Shown piece after piece: positions 35,057-43,957 of a stretch of 64,000 nucleotides of DNA. This DNA is from a virus, in IMG/VR virus record IMGVR_UViG_3300032738_000111, positions 1 to 64,000 of that record; one strand, written 5' to 3'. The notes below the pieces were generated by a model. It had not been told where the DNA came from, did no database searches, and saw nothing but the letters and a program-made list of their open reading frames with translations. Both the position numbers and the translations under genes were made by a program. The number at the start of each line of letters is the position of its first letter. The first letter of the stretch is position 1.

Positions 35057-35382
35057 CCCGCACCATCCTCTCCGACGCCCGCCGCCGCGAGGTCCCCGTA
35101 GTACAGTTGCGCGGCCTCGCGACGAAGGGTCAACAGTTTTGCCTCCGTGTTCTCGTGCAAGGCGTCACACATGAGCGCGGTACTTCTCACTGTTATGCCA
35201 GGTACGGTTTCGAGACGTTTCGCGTTCCACCAATACTCGCCGACAAACCCATCCTTGCGTTTGTACACACGAGCCCAGGGGCAGCAATGGCATTCGCCGA
35301 AACGCCTCTCCCAGTAACCACTTCCATCATCCTCAAGCTGGTGGAATACCCACCCTTCCGGCAGCTTCTCAAGATTAGTCAT
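35053..35382 (-). CDS. Hypothetical protein (LPEGW family)
   Basis: MTNLEKLPEGW...WARV. Confidence 0.55.
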   Translation of the reverse strand: MTNLEKLPEGWVFHQLEDDGSGYWERRFGECHCCPWARVYKRKDGFVGEYWWNAKRLETVPGITVRSTALMCDALHENTEAKLLTLRREAAQLYYGDLAAAGVGEDGAG

Positions 35383-35384
35383 AT

Positions 35385-36698
35385 TCAATCCCCTTTCAGT
35401 GTTGCGCGACAGGATGTAAACAATTCCGATGACTGAGAAGCTAGTGTCTCCCCTTGCGTTTGAGGTTCCTGCTTCATCAGACCTAACAACTGTATCGGCC
35501 CTCCACAGGCTTCGGATTCGGCGGGACACCCGCCTATCTGTTGCAAACCTCTGTTCAATATGTTTCGAGCCGCGTTTACGTCACGGCCAATGCTTAGTCC
35601 GCACTCAGGACAGTCATGGACTCTGTCCCACAGGCGCTTCGGTACAATCGCCCAGCACTGCGAACAGGCCTGGGTAGTCCCTCGCGCAGGCACTCTCACT
35701 AACTGCGCACCTAGTTCTTCGCACTTATACTCAAGCATCTCGACGAGCTTGCTCCAGCCCGCGTCGGCAATGCTCTTGTGCAGGCCCTTCTCCCGTTGCC
35801 CTCCGCCAGCTTCCTTCTGCAATAGGTCGCCAGCTATTCTGTCCTCTACGGCTATCAGGTCATACTGCTCGACGAGTTGACGGGACAGCGTGTGCAGAAA
35901 GGCCTCCCGCGCATTCGCCACATCATGCTCGGCACGTGCTACTTTCAGCGCCGCCTTTTTCCGGTTTGCCGAACCCTTCTTTGCCCTTGCCAGCCGACGC
36001 GCCAGTTTCGTCCGCTTCTTCTGCGCATTCCGATAGTATTGCGGTGGCTTCACTTCTTCGCCTTCCGAGGTGGTAATCAACGACGAGCAGCCTACGTCGA
36101 TGCCAATACAACGCAACGGCTCCACTATGGGCGGTGCCGGTATCCCGTTGTCGCCTGCCAAGGCAACATACCATTTCCCGGCAACGCGCCGGACAGAGAG
36201 GGCCTTCACGTCGAGGTTGGGCGGCACTTTTGGACGGGCGTTGATCAAGCCAATTTTAGGCACATTGACCTTGCCGTCGCGCCACTGCTCCACATCGCCC
36301 GCGTCGCGCGATATGAGATTCGGGGTATCGCGCTTTGGCCTTGGATACCCAGGCCGCTCGCCGTTCTTACAGCGCCGGAAGAATGCCTGGAAAGCAACGT
36401 CGAGGTTCTTCAGTACGCCTCGCGCAAAGACACTCGGCACAGCCCTCAATTCAGGATATTGTTTGCGGGACTTCGCTAACTGTGCGCATTGATCAATGTA
36501 GGATATTGACCACTTCTTCTTGATGGCGGAGGCGTCTTCATTTGGCTTCTCATCCAACTCCCGCTTGCAACCCTCCCACGCCTGCTCGCGGTCAAGCAGT
36601 GAGTAGTTCCAGAGGCGGCGGCAGATTTCCATCCATGCCAACAACTGAGCTTCCTGCGCCTTCGTCGGATATAGGCGATACTTCTGGGCGCGTATCAT
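35385..36698 (-). CDS. tnpB: TnpB RNA-guided endonuclease (IS200/IS605 family), no TnpA
   Basis: KYRLYPT, GYPRPK, GIDVG (RuvC-I), IAVED (RuvC-II), CSQC..CPEC zinc finger, RDVNAARNI (RuvC-III). Confidence 0.93.
   Translation of the reverse strand: MIRAQKYRLYPTKAQEAQLLAWMEICRRLWNYSLLDREQAWEGCKRELDEKPNEDASAIKKKWSISYIDQCAQLAKSRKQYPELRAVPSVFARGVLKNLDVAFQAFFRRCKNGERPGYPRPKRDTPNLISRDAGDVEQWRDGKVNVPKIGLINARPKVPPNLDVKALSVRRVAGKWYVALAGDNGIPAPPIVEPLRCIGIDVGCSSLITTSEGEEVKPPQYYRNAQKKRTKLARRLARAKKGSANRKKAALKVARAEHDVANAREAFLHTLSRQLVEQYDLIAVEDRIAGDLLQKEAGGGQREKGLHKSIADAGWSKLVEMLEYKCEELGAQLVRVPARGTTQACSQCWAIVPKRLWDRVHDCPECGLSIGRDVNAARNILNRGLQQIGGCPAESEACGGPIQLLGLMKQEPQTQGETLASQSSELFTSCRATLKGD
35424..35540 (-). 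ncRNA. Putative TnpB omega-RNA 3' scaffold and guide
   Basis: GCCTGTGGAG...GAAGCAGGAA...GGGGAGACAC. The loop GTGTC of hairpin GGCGG/CCGCC is complementary to the terminal GACAC. Confidence 0.6.
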
Positions 36699-36857
36699 CA
36701 CAAGCTCCAGAATCAGATAGCCCGCCCACTTTCGATTGCGCTTCGTCCGCAGAGACGCAGTGCCTTCGATAGATGGACGGGCTATAATGAGTCGCACAAA
36801 AAGCACTGCTGACTCTGCGGATACTCTGATTATAGAGGTTGCTGGCACTGGAGTCAA
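36699..36857 (-). promoter_or_regulatory. Near-consensus promoter plus structured leader upstream of tnpB
   Basis: TTGACT-17-TATAAT; TCCGCAGAG/CTCTGCGGA, GCAGTGC/GCACTGC and ATAGCCCGTCCAT/GTGGGCGGGCTAT pairings. Confidence 0.75.
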
Positions 36858-36864
36858 GGCCTTT

Positions 36865-37491
36865 CTACGGGAGTTTGTTCTGGCGGTATGCTTCTTCGAT
36901 GACTTGCTCGTGCCGTGAATGCGCTTGCCATATCCGACCGTGCTTCTGCGTCCGGTGCATGTATCCAATGGAGCGGCCTGGCAGCCAGTCGTGATAGCGG
37001 CGAGGGTAAAACACCCTCTTCGCTACAGCGTATCCGCGCAAGCCCCACTCGTAGTAACCATGCCACTCTTTGCAGTGAGCGCGAATGTTCGCCTTCGGGT
37101 CTGTGCTGCCACCTGGACGATCCGTAGGCCCCGCGCATCCATTCGTCGCCCTGTAGTGACATCGCAGGCCGATACCTGCCGCGCAATACGCCAATCCCAT
37201 TTGCCAGTCTGCGCCCATGCCGAGTCGCTCGTATTCACTCACAAAGAATTCGCAGAATGGCAGAAATCCGCTGCTTGGATAAAGTTCCCGTACAATCAGC
37301 CGACACTTAGCGACGCGCAACGCATGGACTGAGACCATCGGCCCCGCCTCGCTCACCCTCTGCGCCCTCGGCTCCGGCATGGCGGGTAGTTCCTGCGGCT
37401 CCGCCTGCGTGTGCAGGCATACAAGCCAGACTATTGCGGCGGCGACGAGGACCCAGAACAAGCCTCTGTACGGGTTGCGGTCAGGTATCAT
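36865..37491 (-). CDS. Membrane-anchored protein, possible degenerate lytic-transglycosylase fold
   Basis: N-terminal TM; DPKANIRA resembles the SLT motif, but no catalytic ES is visible. Confidence 0.45.
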   Translation of the reverse strand: MIPDRNPYRGLFWVLVAAAIVWLVCLHTQAEPQELPAMPEPRAQRVSEAGPMVSVHALRVAKCRLIVRELYPSSGFLPFCEFFVSEYERLGMGADWQMGLAYCAAGIGLRCHYRATNGCAGPTDRPGGSTDPKANIRAHCKEWHGYYEWGLRGYAVAKRVFYPRRYHDWLPGRSIGYMHRTQKHGRIWQAHSRHEQVIEEAYRQNKLP

Positions 37492-37690
37492 CGCGGGCCT
37501 CCTCCTCCGCCTGCTCGCAACAGTCTGCTGCCCGTTCTTCGCCACCGTCGAGCTTGCCACAGATGTCGCAACGCCATGCCCATCCGGGGCTGACGGTGCG
37601 GGCATGGCAGACAGGACAGGTATCAGACACGCCCTCAGAGTTTGCCAGACAGTTGGAACAGTGCGCAAACGGAACGTAGCTACTTGGCAT
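37481..37690 (-). CDS. Small zinc-finger protein
   Basis: CSNC, CPVC, CDIC, CC. Confidence 0.65.
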   Translation of the reverse strand: MPSSYVPFAHCSNCLANSEGVSDTCPVCHARTVSPGWAWRCDICGKLDGGEERAADCCEQAEEEARDDT

Positions 37691-38162
37691 TGTTCTCCTC
37701 CTCCGCCTGAAAGAACTCGCGGGCCTGCTGGAGCCATGCCTTTGTCTCTGGAGCCGTTGCCAAGTCGTCCATGTGCTTGATAGTTCTTTGGATTGTAGTG
37801 AAGTTCTGCGGTGCCCAGTTAGCCACGTCAGTCAAGCTGTCGAGGTCATAGAGTTGGACGAGCACAGTCGCACCAAATCGGAAGCACTCAAAGTGCTCTA
37901 TGTCTTCGAGCAACAGGTGGGCAGCAAGCCTCGCCGCAATCTCCAGCGCGCGCCGCTCCCTGTCTGGACTGAGCTTCTCGGTCTGCTCAATAAGCTCTCC
38001 GATGCGGCTGAAAACAGGCCCCCAGTGGATGTGGTACTGGCTGTCGCCAAACTCCACGCGCAAATCGGCAGCGTACTTTTCAATACTCGCCTTGACACGT
38101 TGGAGACTGCTCGGCGTCTCGACCACCGCCTCGGTTATCGGCTGCTTCGCCCTCTCGACCAT
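37680..38162 (-). CDS. Hypothetical protein
   Basis: 160 aa; GGAGG RBS. Confidence 0.6.
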   Translation of the reverse strand: MVERAKQPITEAVVETPSSLQRVKASIEKYAADLRVEFGDSQYHIHWGPVFSRIGELIEQTEKLSPDRERRALEIAARLAAHLLLEDIEHFECFRFGATVLVQLYDLDSLTDVANWAPQNFTTIQRTIKHMDDLATAPETKAWLQQAREFFQAEEENNAK

Positions 38163-38165
38163 TCT

Positions 38166-38276
38166 CTACAGGCCTCCCTTCAGAACATAGCCGAGAACAC
38201 CTGCAAGCAACGCAGCAGCGATTACCGCAACGCAGCCCCATCCGCTCGGCCATTCGTCGTATTCCCGCTTTCCCAT
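38166..38276 (-). CDS. Small membrane protein
   Basis: MGKREYDEWPSGWGCVAVIAAALLAGVLGYVLKGGL. Confidence 0.45.
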   Translation of the reverse strand: MGKREYDEWPSGWGCVAVIAAALLAGVLGYVLKGGL

Positions 38277-38313
38277 TTCAGTCCCTCCCGAAGAATCTGC
38301 GCCTCGTCTGTTG

Positions 38314-40020
38314 TCACTCATCGCAATCTCCCTTCGCATCGGCTATCAGTGCGGCTATCTTTCCAAGCATCTCCTCAACGATCCCATGACACCCACATTT
38401 CACAGAAACAAGTGTACCACCGCGACCATATAACCACCGATAATTCAATAGTTCGCTAATGCGGATATGCCACTCGCTGCCATCAGATTGATGATGCAAC
38501 ACAATCTCCGGCTCCGGCTTGTCCCGCGCGGGCTTTACCACGAGGCCCGTGCCGAGACAGTAGGGGCACTGAGCAACAACACCAGGTGCAACAGTGTGAA
38601 AGAAACCGCTGCCTTTGCCATAGCACCGAGGGCACTCCTCCGTCTCCCGCCAGTCTGCCCGCGCGTCGAGTTGCGCTTGCAGGGCGGCGCGGGTCTCACG
38701 AGCCTCATTGCGCTCTTGGCGCAGTTCGCGCACACGGACATCTAGCCCGTCGCGCTGATTTCGCATCCTAATCCAGTCGGCGGATTCCTCCTCTGCACGG
38801 ACGCGGCTTTCGGTCTCTAGTTTCGCCACGCGCTTGGCATTCTCATCCGAGGCCGCGTTGACCTCATTCTGCAGGTTCTTGATGGTGCGTACCTGAGCGG
38901 CATTCTGTTGCTCCAGTTCCGCGACGCGCTCCCGCAGCAGTACCGATTCCCGCCGCTCCTGCCAGACATCTGCGCCTAGTTGGGTTATCTGTTGCTTGAG
39001 TTTCGCCACGCGCGCCTCAGTGTTTGTCGAGCGCCCAGTCAGGTTTGCGACCTGTGCCTGCAATTTCCCAACCTCACCATCCTCTACGCCGCAAGCTACG
39101 CAACGCCCTTGATGCCACGGGCCACGGTCGGGCTTCTCCGGCTCCTCCTCCGGGCACGGCACGCCCGCAGCAGCGCAGTCGGCGCGGACTTCCTCACAGG
39201 CGCAATCTGTACGCATTCTGCCTTCGCGATTCTCGCAAGAAGGCCTGTTGCCCACAACTGCGCAGCCACGGCCATCAGGCGACAAGTGAGTAATCTTGCT
39301 GAACGTCCAACTATCCATGTCTCGGCGTAGCACCACCACCGGCGGCTCCGCACCCTCGCAATCCCAGGTCGGGCCGAATGCGTCGGGGTCACGGGCGAGG
39401 CGGGTGACCTCAGCGGCGGATTCGGTGACGGGTTGAGGACCACTACGGTCATTCCATGCGCCGCCGGGATAGCGCCATGAGCCTATGATGTCTGGAGTGA
39501 CATTCCCGTCAATGTTTTCGATAGAGCGATATTCATACCCTTGTCCAGACGCGCCGTGCAGCGTCACCGTCGGCTCCAACCTCGGCACCGCACCCTCGCA
39601 GTCCCAATCGGCGCCCCAAGCATCACGCGCAAGCTCGGTGATTTCGGCAACGGTCTGGCAGACGAGCGTACCGTCATCTGGCTTTCTCGTCTCCCCGTAA
39701 ACACAACGCCCCATCACTATGCGCCCGGTGTGACCACTCTTGATGCTGATAATACTGTAGAACACTCGCTTTGCATGAGTATAGGGGTCATGCAGCGTCA
39801 CCGTCTTCGGCTCCGGCGCGGGGGTGGCGTCAGCTATCCGAGCATTGACCACACCAACAGGCATGTTGAGATTCTGCCACGACGTTGTCTCGACGAAGCG
39901 CACCTGCGCTCGCCAAGGCGAAGGCGGCGCAAGTCTCACCTCCGCAATTCTCTCGACTGGCACCTGTACGACTTGCCCTGTAAGAAGCTCCAGTGTTACC
40001 TCATTCTCATTGCCCATCAT
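38314..40020 (-). CDS. Modular repeat-domain / coiled-coil protein with DnaJ-like CxxCxGxG motif, paralogue family E
   Basis: Repeated VTLH...V.E...E...LARD modules, long coiled coil, CPRCYGKG..CPYCLGTG. Confidence 0.7.
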   Translation of the reverse strand: MMGNENEVTLELLTGQVVQVPVERIAEVRLAPPSPWRAQVRFVETTSWQNLNMPVGVVNARIADATPAPEPKTVTLHDPYTHAKRVFYSIISIKSGHTGRIVMGRCVYGETRKPDDGTLVCQTVAEITELARDAWGADWDCEGAVPRLEPTVTLHGASGQGYEYRSIENIDGNVTPDIIGSWRYPGGAWNDRSGPQPVTESAAEVTRLARDPDAFGPTWDCEGAEPPVVVLRRDMDSWTFSKITHLSPDGRGCAVVGNRPSCENREGRMRTDCACEEVRADCAAAGVPCPEEEPEKPDRGPWHQGRCVACGVEDGEVGKLQAQVANLTGRSTNTEARVAKLKQQITQLGADVWQERRESVLLRERVAELEQQNAAQVRTIKNLQNEVNAASDENAKRVAKLETESRVRAEEESADWIRMRNQRDGLDVRVRELRQERNEARETRAALQAQLDARADWRETEECPRCYGKGSGFFHTVAPGVVAQCPYCLGTGLVVKPARDKPEPEIVLHHQSDGSEWHIRISELLNYRWLYGRGGTLVSVKCGCHGIVEEMLGKIAALIADAKGDCDE

Positions 40021-40023
40021 CGC

Positions 40024-40440
40024 TCACTCCTCGTCCTTCGGATTGTCGCGCGTGTCGAAGTTCCCGTCCACGCGCAGGTACTCCTCCACCAGTTTCACCT
40101 TCATGCGCTCTTGGTAATCTTCATTGGCGCGGATGGCGGCACAGACCATTTCATCGAAGAGTTCTGGGATACGACCACTATTCGCGAGTTCCATGACAGC
40201 CATTATATCCCCGCTCCTGCCGTCCCGATACGACTCTTCGACGATCCGCAGATAGAACACGTAGAGACTTCGCTGGTTGTAGCATTCGTCAAAGACTTCC
40301 AGCATCTCCACGGCACCGATGCCAAGCCCGTCGCAGAGGTCGGCCAAGTCCATCTCAGCCAGCTTGCCCTCCACGTTGTCATTCGCGTAGTCCATCGCGC
40401 GGTTGCCCTTGTCGTCATCAGGATCGCCGGGATGTCTCAT
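40024..40440 (-). CDS. Acidic hypothetical protein, paralogue family F
   Basis: DPDDDKGNRAMDYANDNVEGKLAEMDL...AAIRANEDYQ. Confidence 0.7.
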   Translation of the reverse strand: MRHPGDPDDDKGNRAMDYANDNVEGKLAEMDLADLCDGLGIGAVEMLEVFDECYNQRSLYVFYLRIVEESYRDGRSGDIMAVMELANSGRIPELFDEMVCAAIRANEDYQERMKVKLVEEYLRVDGNFDTRDNPKDEE

Positions 40441-40441
40441 G

Positions 40442-40690
40442 TCACCTGCTTTCCTTCGCGCGCTTTTCCTGCTTGCGCTGGTATCGCTCGACAGATTCGG
40501 CAGTCAGGAAAACTGTTCTTTTTTCTTCACCGAGCCCGATAATGTCATCGGGCACATAGCGTTCAAGAACGGGGCCGCTAGTCTCGAAATCATGCTGCCG
40601 CGAAAGTACGCTCATTTGCGGTTGGCTCAGTTTCAATAACTTGCGAGCAGCCTTCAACGTATACGCATTCGGCTTTGTTGCGGTCATCAT
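40442..40690 (-). CDS. Small DNA-binding-like protein
   Basis: YTLKAARKLLKLSQPQMS, HTH-like. Confidence 0.5.
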   Translation of the reverse strand: MMTATKPNAYTLKAARKLLKLSQPQMSVLSRQHDFETSGPVLERYVPDDIIGLGEEKRTVFLTAESVERYQRKQEKRAKESR

Positions 40691-41895
40691 TCAGCCTCCT
40701 CAATTTGTTCTGTAACTGCCCGTTTGCCCCATGTGTCATTAGGTACTACCGGCTCCAGCAGTGTCACCACATCCTGCAACGCCTCCGATGCAACCTCGCT
40801 ATCAGCGTCGCCGAACGGGTTATCTGGGTCAGGTTCGCCCGCATCTGCTATTTCCCAAAACGCCTTACCCAACTTCTTCTCATCGAAGGCAATGAAATCC
40901 CACGGTTGCAGCCCCGCCTTTTCCAGCATAGCAAAGAGCTTCTCACTGTCCTTCGCTCGGAACCTGTGCTTGCCCTCTTGATACCATACCGGAGCTTGAT
41001 AGTCATGCCAGCTACCGCCGCGCTCAAAGCCACCGTGTTCCTTCACCCAAGCCTGCACAAGGGCCGTCAGGTCGTTCGCGAGTGTTCTATGGGCTTCCGC
41101 CTTACCCATGAGTTCTCCGGCCTCCTGTGCGCTTGTGGGCGCACTGAATGACAGGTCTGTGATAGCTGGGCAGTCGGTTTTGTAAGCACACCACCTGCAC
41201 GCATTCTCCGACGGAGTAGCGGGATAGGATTCGGCGTTCAATGCTTCATTTGCCAGCATGACAATCTCGTCGCGGGTAGAGGTGTGTGGGCCATATGGGA
41301 GTATCCACGCCTGGGCCTCTCCGGTTGCGACAAGCCACCTGCACACCTCAATTTCTTGTATGCGCTCGCCGGTCTCTGGATTGCGGAAGGCCTCCTGCGC
41401 GGCCCACGCATAGTAGCGTAACTGAAGGGGAGGTTGGTCAGGGAAGTCACGGATGCGCGGGGTCTTGTAGTCAGTAATGACTAGCCTCTCGTTGTGCGGG
41501 TCGAGTTCCAGGCAGTCAATGCGGCCAACGAAGTCCAGCGAGCCCTCAGGAAGCGGGACGCGGAAGCTCACCTCGGACGCACCGACTCGATAGGCCCAGT
41601 CAAATCTCCAACTATCGCAGAACGTCTCGGCTAAGGCCAGAAGCTCAGGGCAGTCATACGTCCTTGCAATAGCGAGGCCTTCTGAGCGGGCGGAGGGAAC
41701 GTCAAGGTCAGCGCATATCTTTGTGTACGATTCTGCCCATTCGTGGAATCTGCTGCCGATGTTGTCGGCGAGTCTCGCGGCGGGCTTCACCACGGACTGA
41801 AGGTAGCGGAAATGGAAGTGCGCTGGACACTCTCTCCACGTCTTGAGCGAGGAATATGATAAGTGGTCAAGGGAAATCGGCTTCTTCGCGGCCAC
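40687..41895 (-). CDS. PD-(D/E)XK exonuclease (RecB/Cas4-like, Fe-S cysteines)
   Basis: HLSYSSL..W.ECP, GRID, ITDYKT, QL.YYA, CRWCAYKTDC. Confidence 0.88.
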   Translation of the reverse strand: MAAKKPISLDHLSYSSLKTWRECPAHFHFRYLQSVVKPAARLADNIGSRFHEWAESYTKICADLDVPSARSEGLAIARTYDCPELLALAETFCDSWRFDWAYRVGASEVSFRVPLPEGSLDFVGRIDCLELDPHNERLVITDYKTPRIRDFPDQPPLQLRYYAWAAQEAFRNPETGERIQEIEVCRWLVATGEAQAWILPYGPHTSTRDEIVMLANEALNAESYPATPSENACRWCAYKTDCPAITDLSFSAPTSAQEAGELMGKAEAHRTLANDLTALVQAWVKEHGGFERGGSWHDYQAPVWYQEGKHRFRAKDSEKLFAMLEKAGLQPWDFIAFDEKKLGKAFWEIADAGEPDPDNPFGDADSEVASEALQDVVTLLEPVVPNDTWGKRAVTEQIEEAE

Positions 41896-41907
41896 TCGGA
41901 GGCCTCC

Positions 41908-42429
41908 TCAGTCTTGATAGGCGGCAAGCCTTGCGCAGGCTGCCACTTCTTCTTCGCTCACTGGCGGCAGATTGTGAATCCGCCGCTGGAATGTATCCCA
42001 GGGTTTGCCAGTCGCGGGCGCAACTTCGTCAAGTGGCTTGAAAGGAACGCGGTAGTCAATGCCCTCGTTGCTATCCTTGTATTCCACTAAGCCGCCGAAG
42101 AAATCCGCGAGCCGTTGAAACAAGGCAATCCAACGTGGAAACGAACGCTGGCGCAGACAACGGTTGCCGTCGTCATCATTCTCGAAGTGATACCAAACAC
42201 TCAGAACAGGAACATCAAAGAGCGACGGATTCTCCACGACTATCTGCGCAAGTTCCGCAATAGTCGAAGGCTTGTATGAGACGCCCTGCACATTGCTGAA
42301 AACCGCGTCGGAACCTCCAAGTGGCTTTAGCTCTGATTCGCAGCCGCAGAGTTTCCCGACTACATCCGCTACGTGAATGATTTTGCTATACGGCGGTAGC
42401 TGTACTGTCGCGTCAACTCCCATTATCAT
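41908..42429 (-). CDS. Hypothetical protein
   Basis: GAGGAGG RBS; about 173 aa. Confidence 0.6.
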   Translation of the reverse strand: MIMGVDATVQLPPYSKIIHVADVVGKLCGCESELKPLGGSDAVFSNVQGVSYKPSTIAELAQIVVENPSLFDVPVLSVWYHFENDDDGNRCLRQRSFPRWIALFQRLADFFGGLVEYKDSNEGIDYRVPFKPLDEVAPATGKPWDTFQRRIHNLPPVSEEEVAACARLAAYQD

Positions 42430-43957
42430 CGCCCTCCTCAAAGTCCATCTGTTCCGTCGCCTCAAAGATAGCGGGAAACGGTTCGGTCAACTCGCGCTCC
42501 TGTGCCCTGTTGTGCAAGCCGCGAATCACCTGCCATGCGAGGTCATTGTCCTCCGTGAGCGCGGCGGGCTTGGGCAAGTTGCCCGACTCAATCTGCGCGG
42601 CCTTCATTGCTTCGATGATATGCTCGTTCGTCCAATCGCTCGTACCAGTCAGGTCTTTCATGCGCGCAATGATAGTGTCGCCGTCTGGCATACTCTCGTC
42701 GGCAGGCCGCAATATGTCTCGTGGCTTGTCGGGTTTATCCGGTTCCGGCGCGGCTTCTATCTCGTCCTCAAACTCAGCATCTATGATGTCCTCGTTTTCC
42801 CCTTGGGTTGATGCTTCTCCTGTTGCGCCAGTTGCTACCTCTGCCGCGCCGGAACCGATACGCTCTATCGCCTCCTCCCATGCGTCTGTGCGGGTACACT
42901 CTACGATCATCGCGTCTATCTGCGATTGAGCTATGCCCGCCTTCTCTGCCGCGTCTCGCAACTCCATTTCCCATACCGCGACTGACTTGCCTTCGCCGGT
43001 CGCAGGAGCATCTGGATGAAACTCGTCGTCGAAGCCCGCCTCCTTGCTATACTCAGTCAGGCCCGCCGACAATTGCTGCACCTGTTTGGTGATAAGCAGC
43101 CGCCGCCGCTTGTCATCCGCAACCGCGTCAAGCATCTGCTCAATGGTGCCGTCGGCTTCGAGCGTTGCGTAAGGCACAAAGACATTCTGCCCATCCGGTG
43201 TCTTGGTGCCGCGCTCGCCGCGCACTAGCCAGAATGGCAAGCCCGCAAGCGTTCCATCCGTTTCGTGCAGGAAGTGATTCATCCAGTAGTGCAGCTCCTG
43301 CCAACTCTTGAGACTGGAGGTGCGGAAGGCCGCGATAGGACAGCCGCCTTGGATGAACCCACGAAGCCGCACAGTCAGTATCGCTTGCACCTTGCAAGTC
43401 CTGTCCGCAATATACGGGCAGGTGTGCCAGTCACAAACAGCAGGCTTCGCCTCTGCGATTGTCTTGCCTGATTGGTCATAGTCCTGCCAGACTGCCTCGC
43501 CGACATAATACTGGCGCGGCAGATTGCCAAGTTCGTCGCGCAAGGCCTCGGCGTCTGGTAGCTTCTGTGCGGTATATTCCCCTGGCGTCTTCTCCCGCCA
43601 GTCCTCGCACACACAGATACGCCGCCCGCCCGCGCCGAACTTTGCATAGGCTCCATACAGGTTCGATTCGGGCCGGTCGAATATCAGGTACACCGGCACT
43701 CGCTGAGGCTTTGCCGCACCTGCAACACCGCGCTCCTTCAGATACTCGACGAGGGCCTCCTGCAATTCTGGTACCACATCATAGACGATTCGATTGCGCC
43801 CACTGAGCTTGACCATTTCCCGCCTGCGTTTCGTGATACGAATATGGTCGCCCTTGCGCGGGATACCCTTCTCATCCATTTCGCCAAAGCTGATTCGCAG
43901 GGCTTGCTCTGGTCGCCACTGTCCGGGCGGCCTTGTGGCTGTCTGCTCAGTTGTCAT
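42413..43957 (-). CDS. Gp3-like (recombination directionality factor-like / SSAP-associated) protein
   Basis: ISFGE..GIP.K.DHIRIT, ICVCED, CPY...CK, FRTSS..S, GTLAGLPF.L; next to the exonuclease. Confidence 0.7.
   Translation of the reverse strand: MTTEQTATRPPGQWRPEQALRISFGEMDEKGIPRKGDHIRITKRRREMVKLSGRNRIVYDVVPELQEALVEYLKERGVAGAAKPQRVPVYLIFDRPESNLYGAYAKFGAGGRRICVCEDWREKTPGEYTAQKLPDAEALRDELGNLPRQYYVGEAVWQDYDQSGKTIAEAKPAVCDWHTCPYIADRTCKVQAILTVRLRGFIQGGCPIAAFRTSSLKSWQELHYWMNHFLHETDGTLAGLPFWLVRGERGTKTPDGQNVFVPYATLEADGTIEQMLDAVADDKRRRLLITKQVQQLSAGLTEYSKEAGFDDEFHPDAPATGEGKSVAVWEMELRDAAEKAGIAQSQIDAMIVECTRTDAWEEAIERIGSGAAEVATGATGEASTQGENEDIIDAEFEDEIEAAPEPDKPDKPRDILRPADESMPDGDTIIARMKDLTGTSDWTNEHIIEAMKAAQIESGNLPKPAALTEDNDLAWQVIRGLHNRAQERELTEPFPAIFEATEQMDFEEGDDNGS

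Noticed and set aside
36699-36968. N-terminal extension of TnpB in the ORF track (527 aa)
   Set aside because: It runs through the promoter and structured leader; TnpB homology starts at MIRAQKYRLYPT with a GGAG RBS.
37971-37990. Partial self-match to the TnpB guide
   Set aside because: Only about 11 of 12 nt match, then it diverges; expected by chance.
39541-40542. 333-aa plus-strand ORF (and similar ones at 8769, 28158, 30855, 62122)
   Set aside because: Antisense shadows of GC-rich coding sequence.
40687-41895. Cas4-like nuclease as evidence of CRISPR-Cas
   Set aside because: No cas1/cas2 and no repeat-spacer array seen; the context is a phage recombination module.
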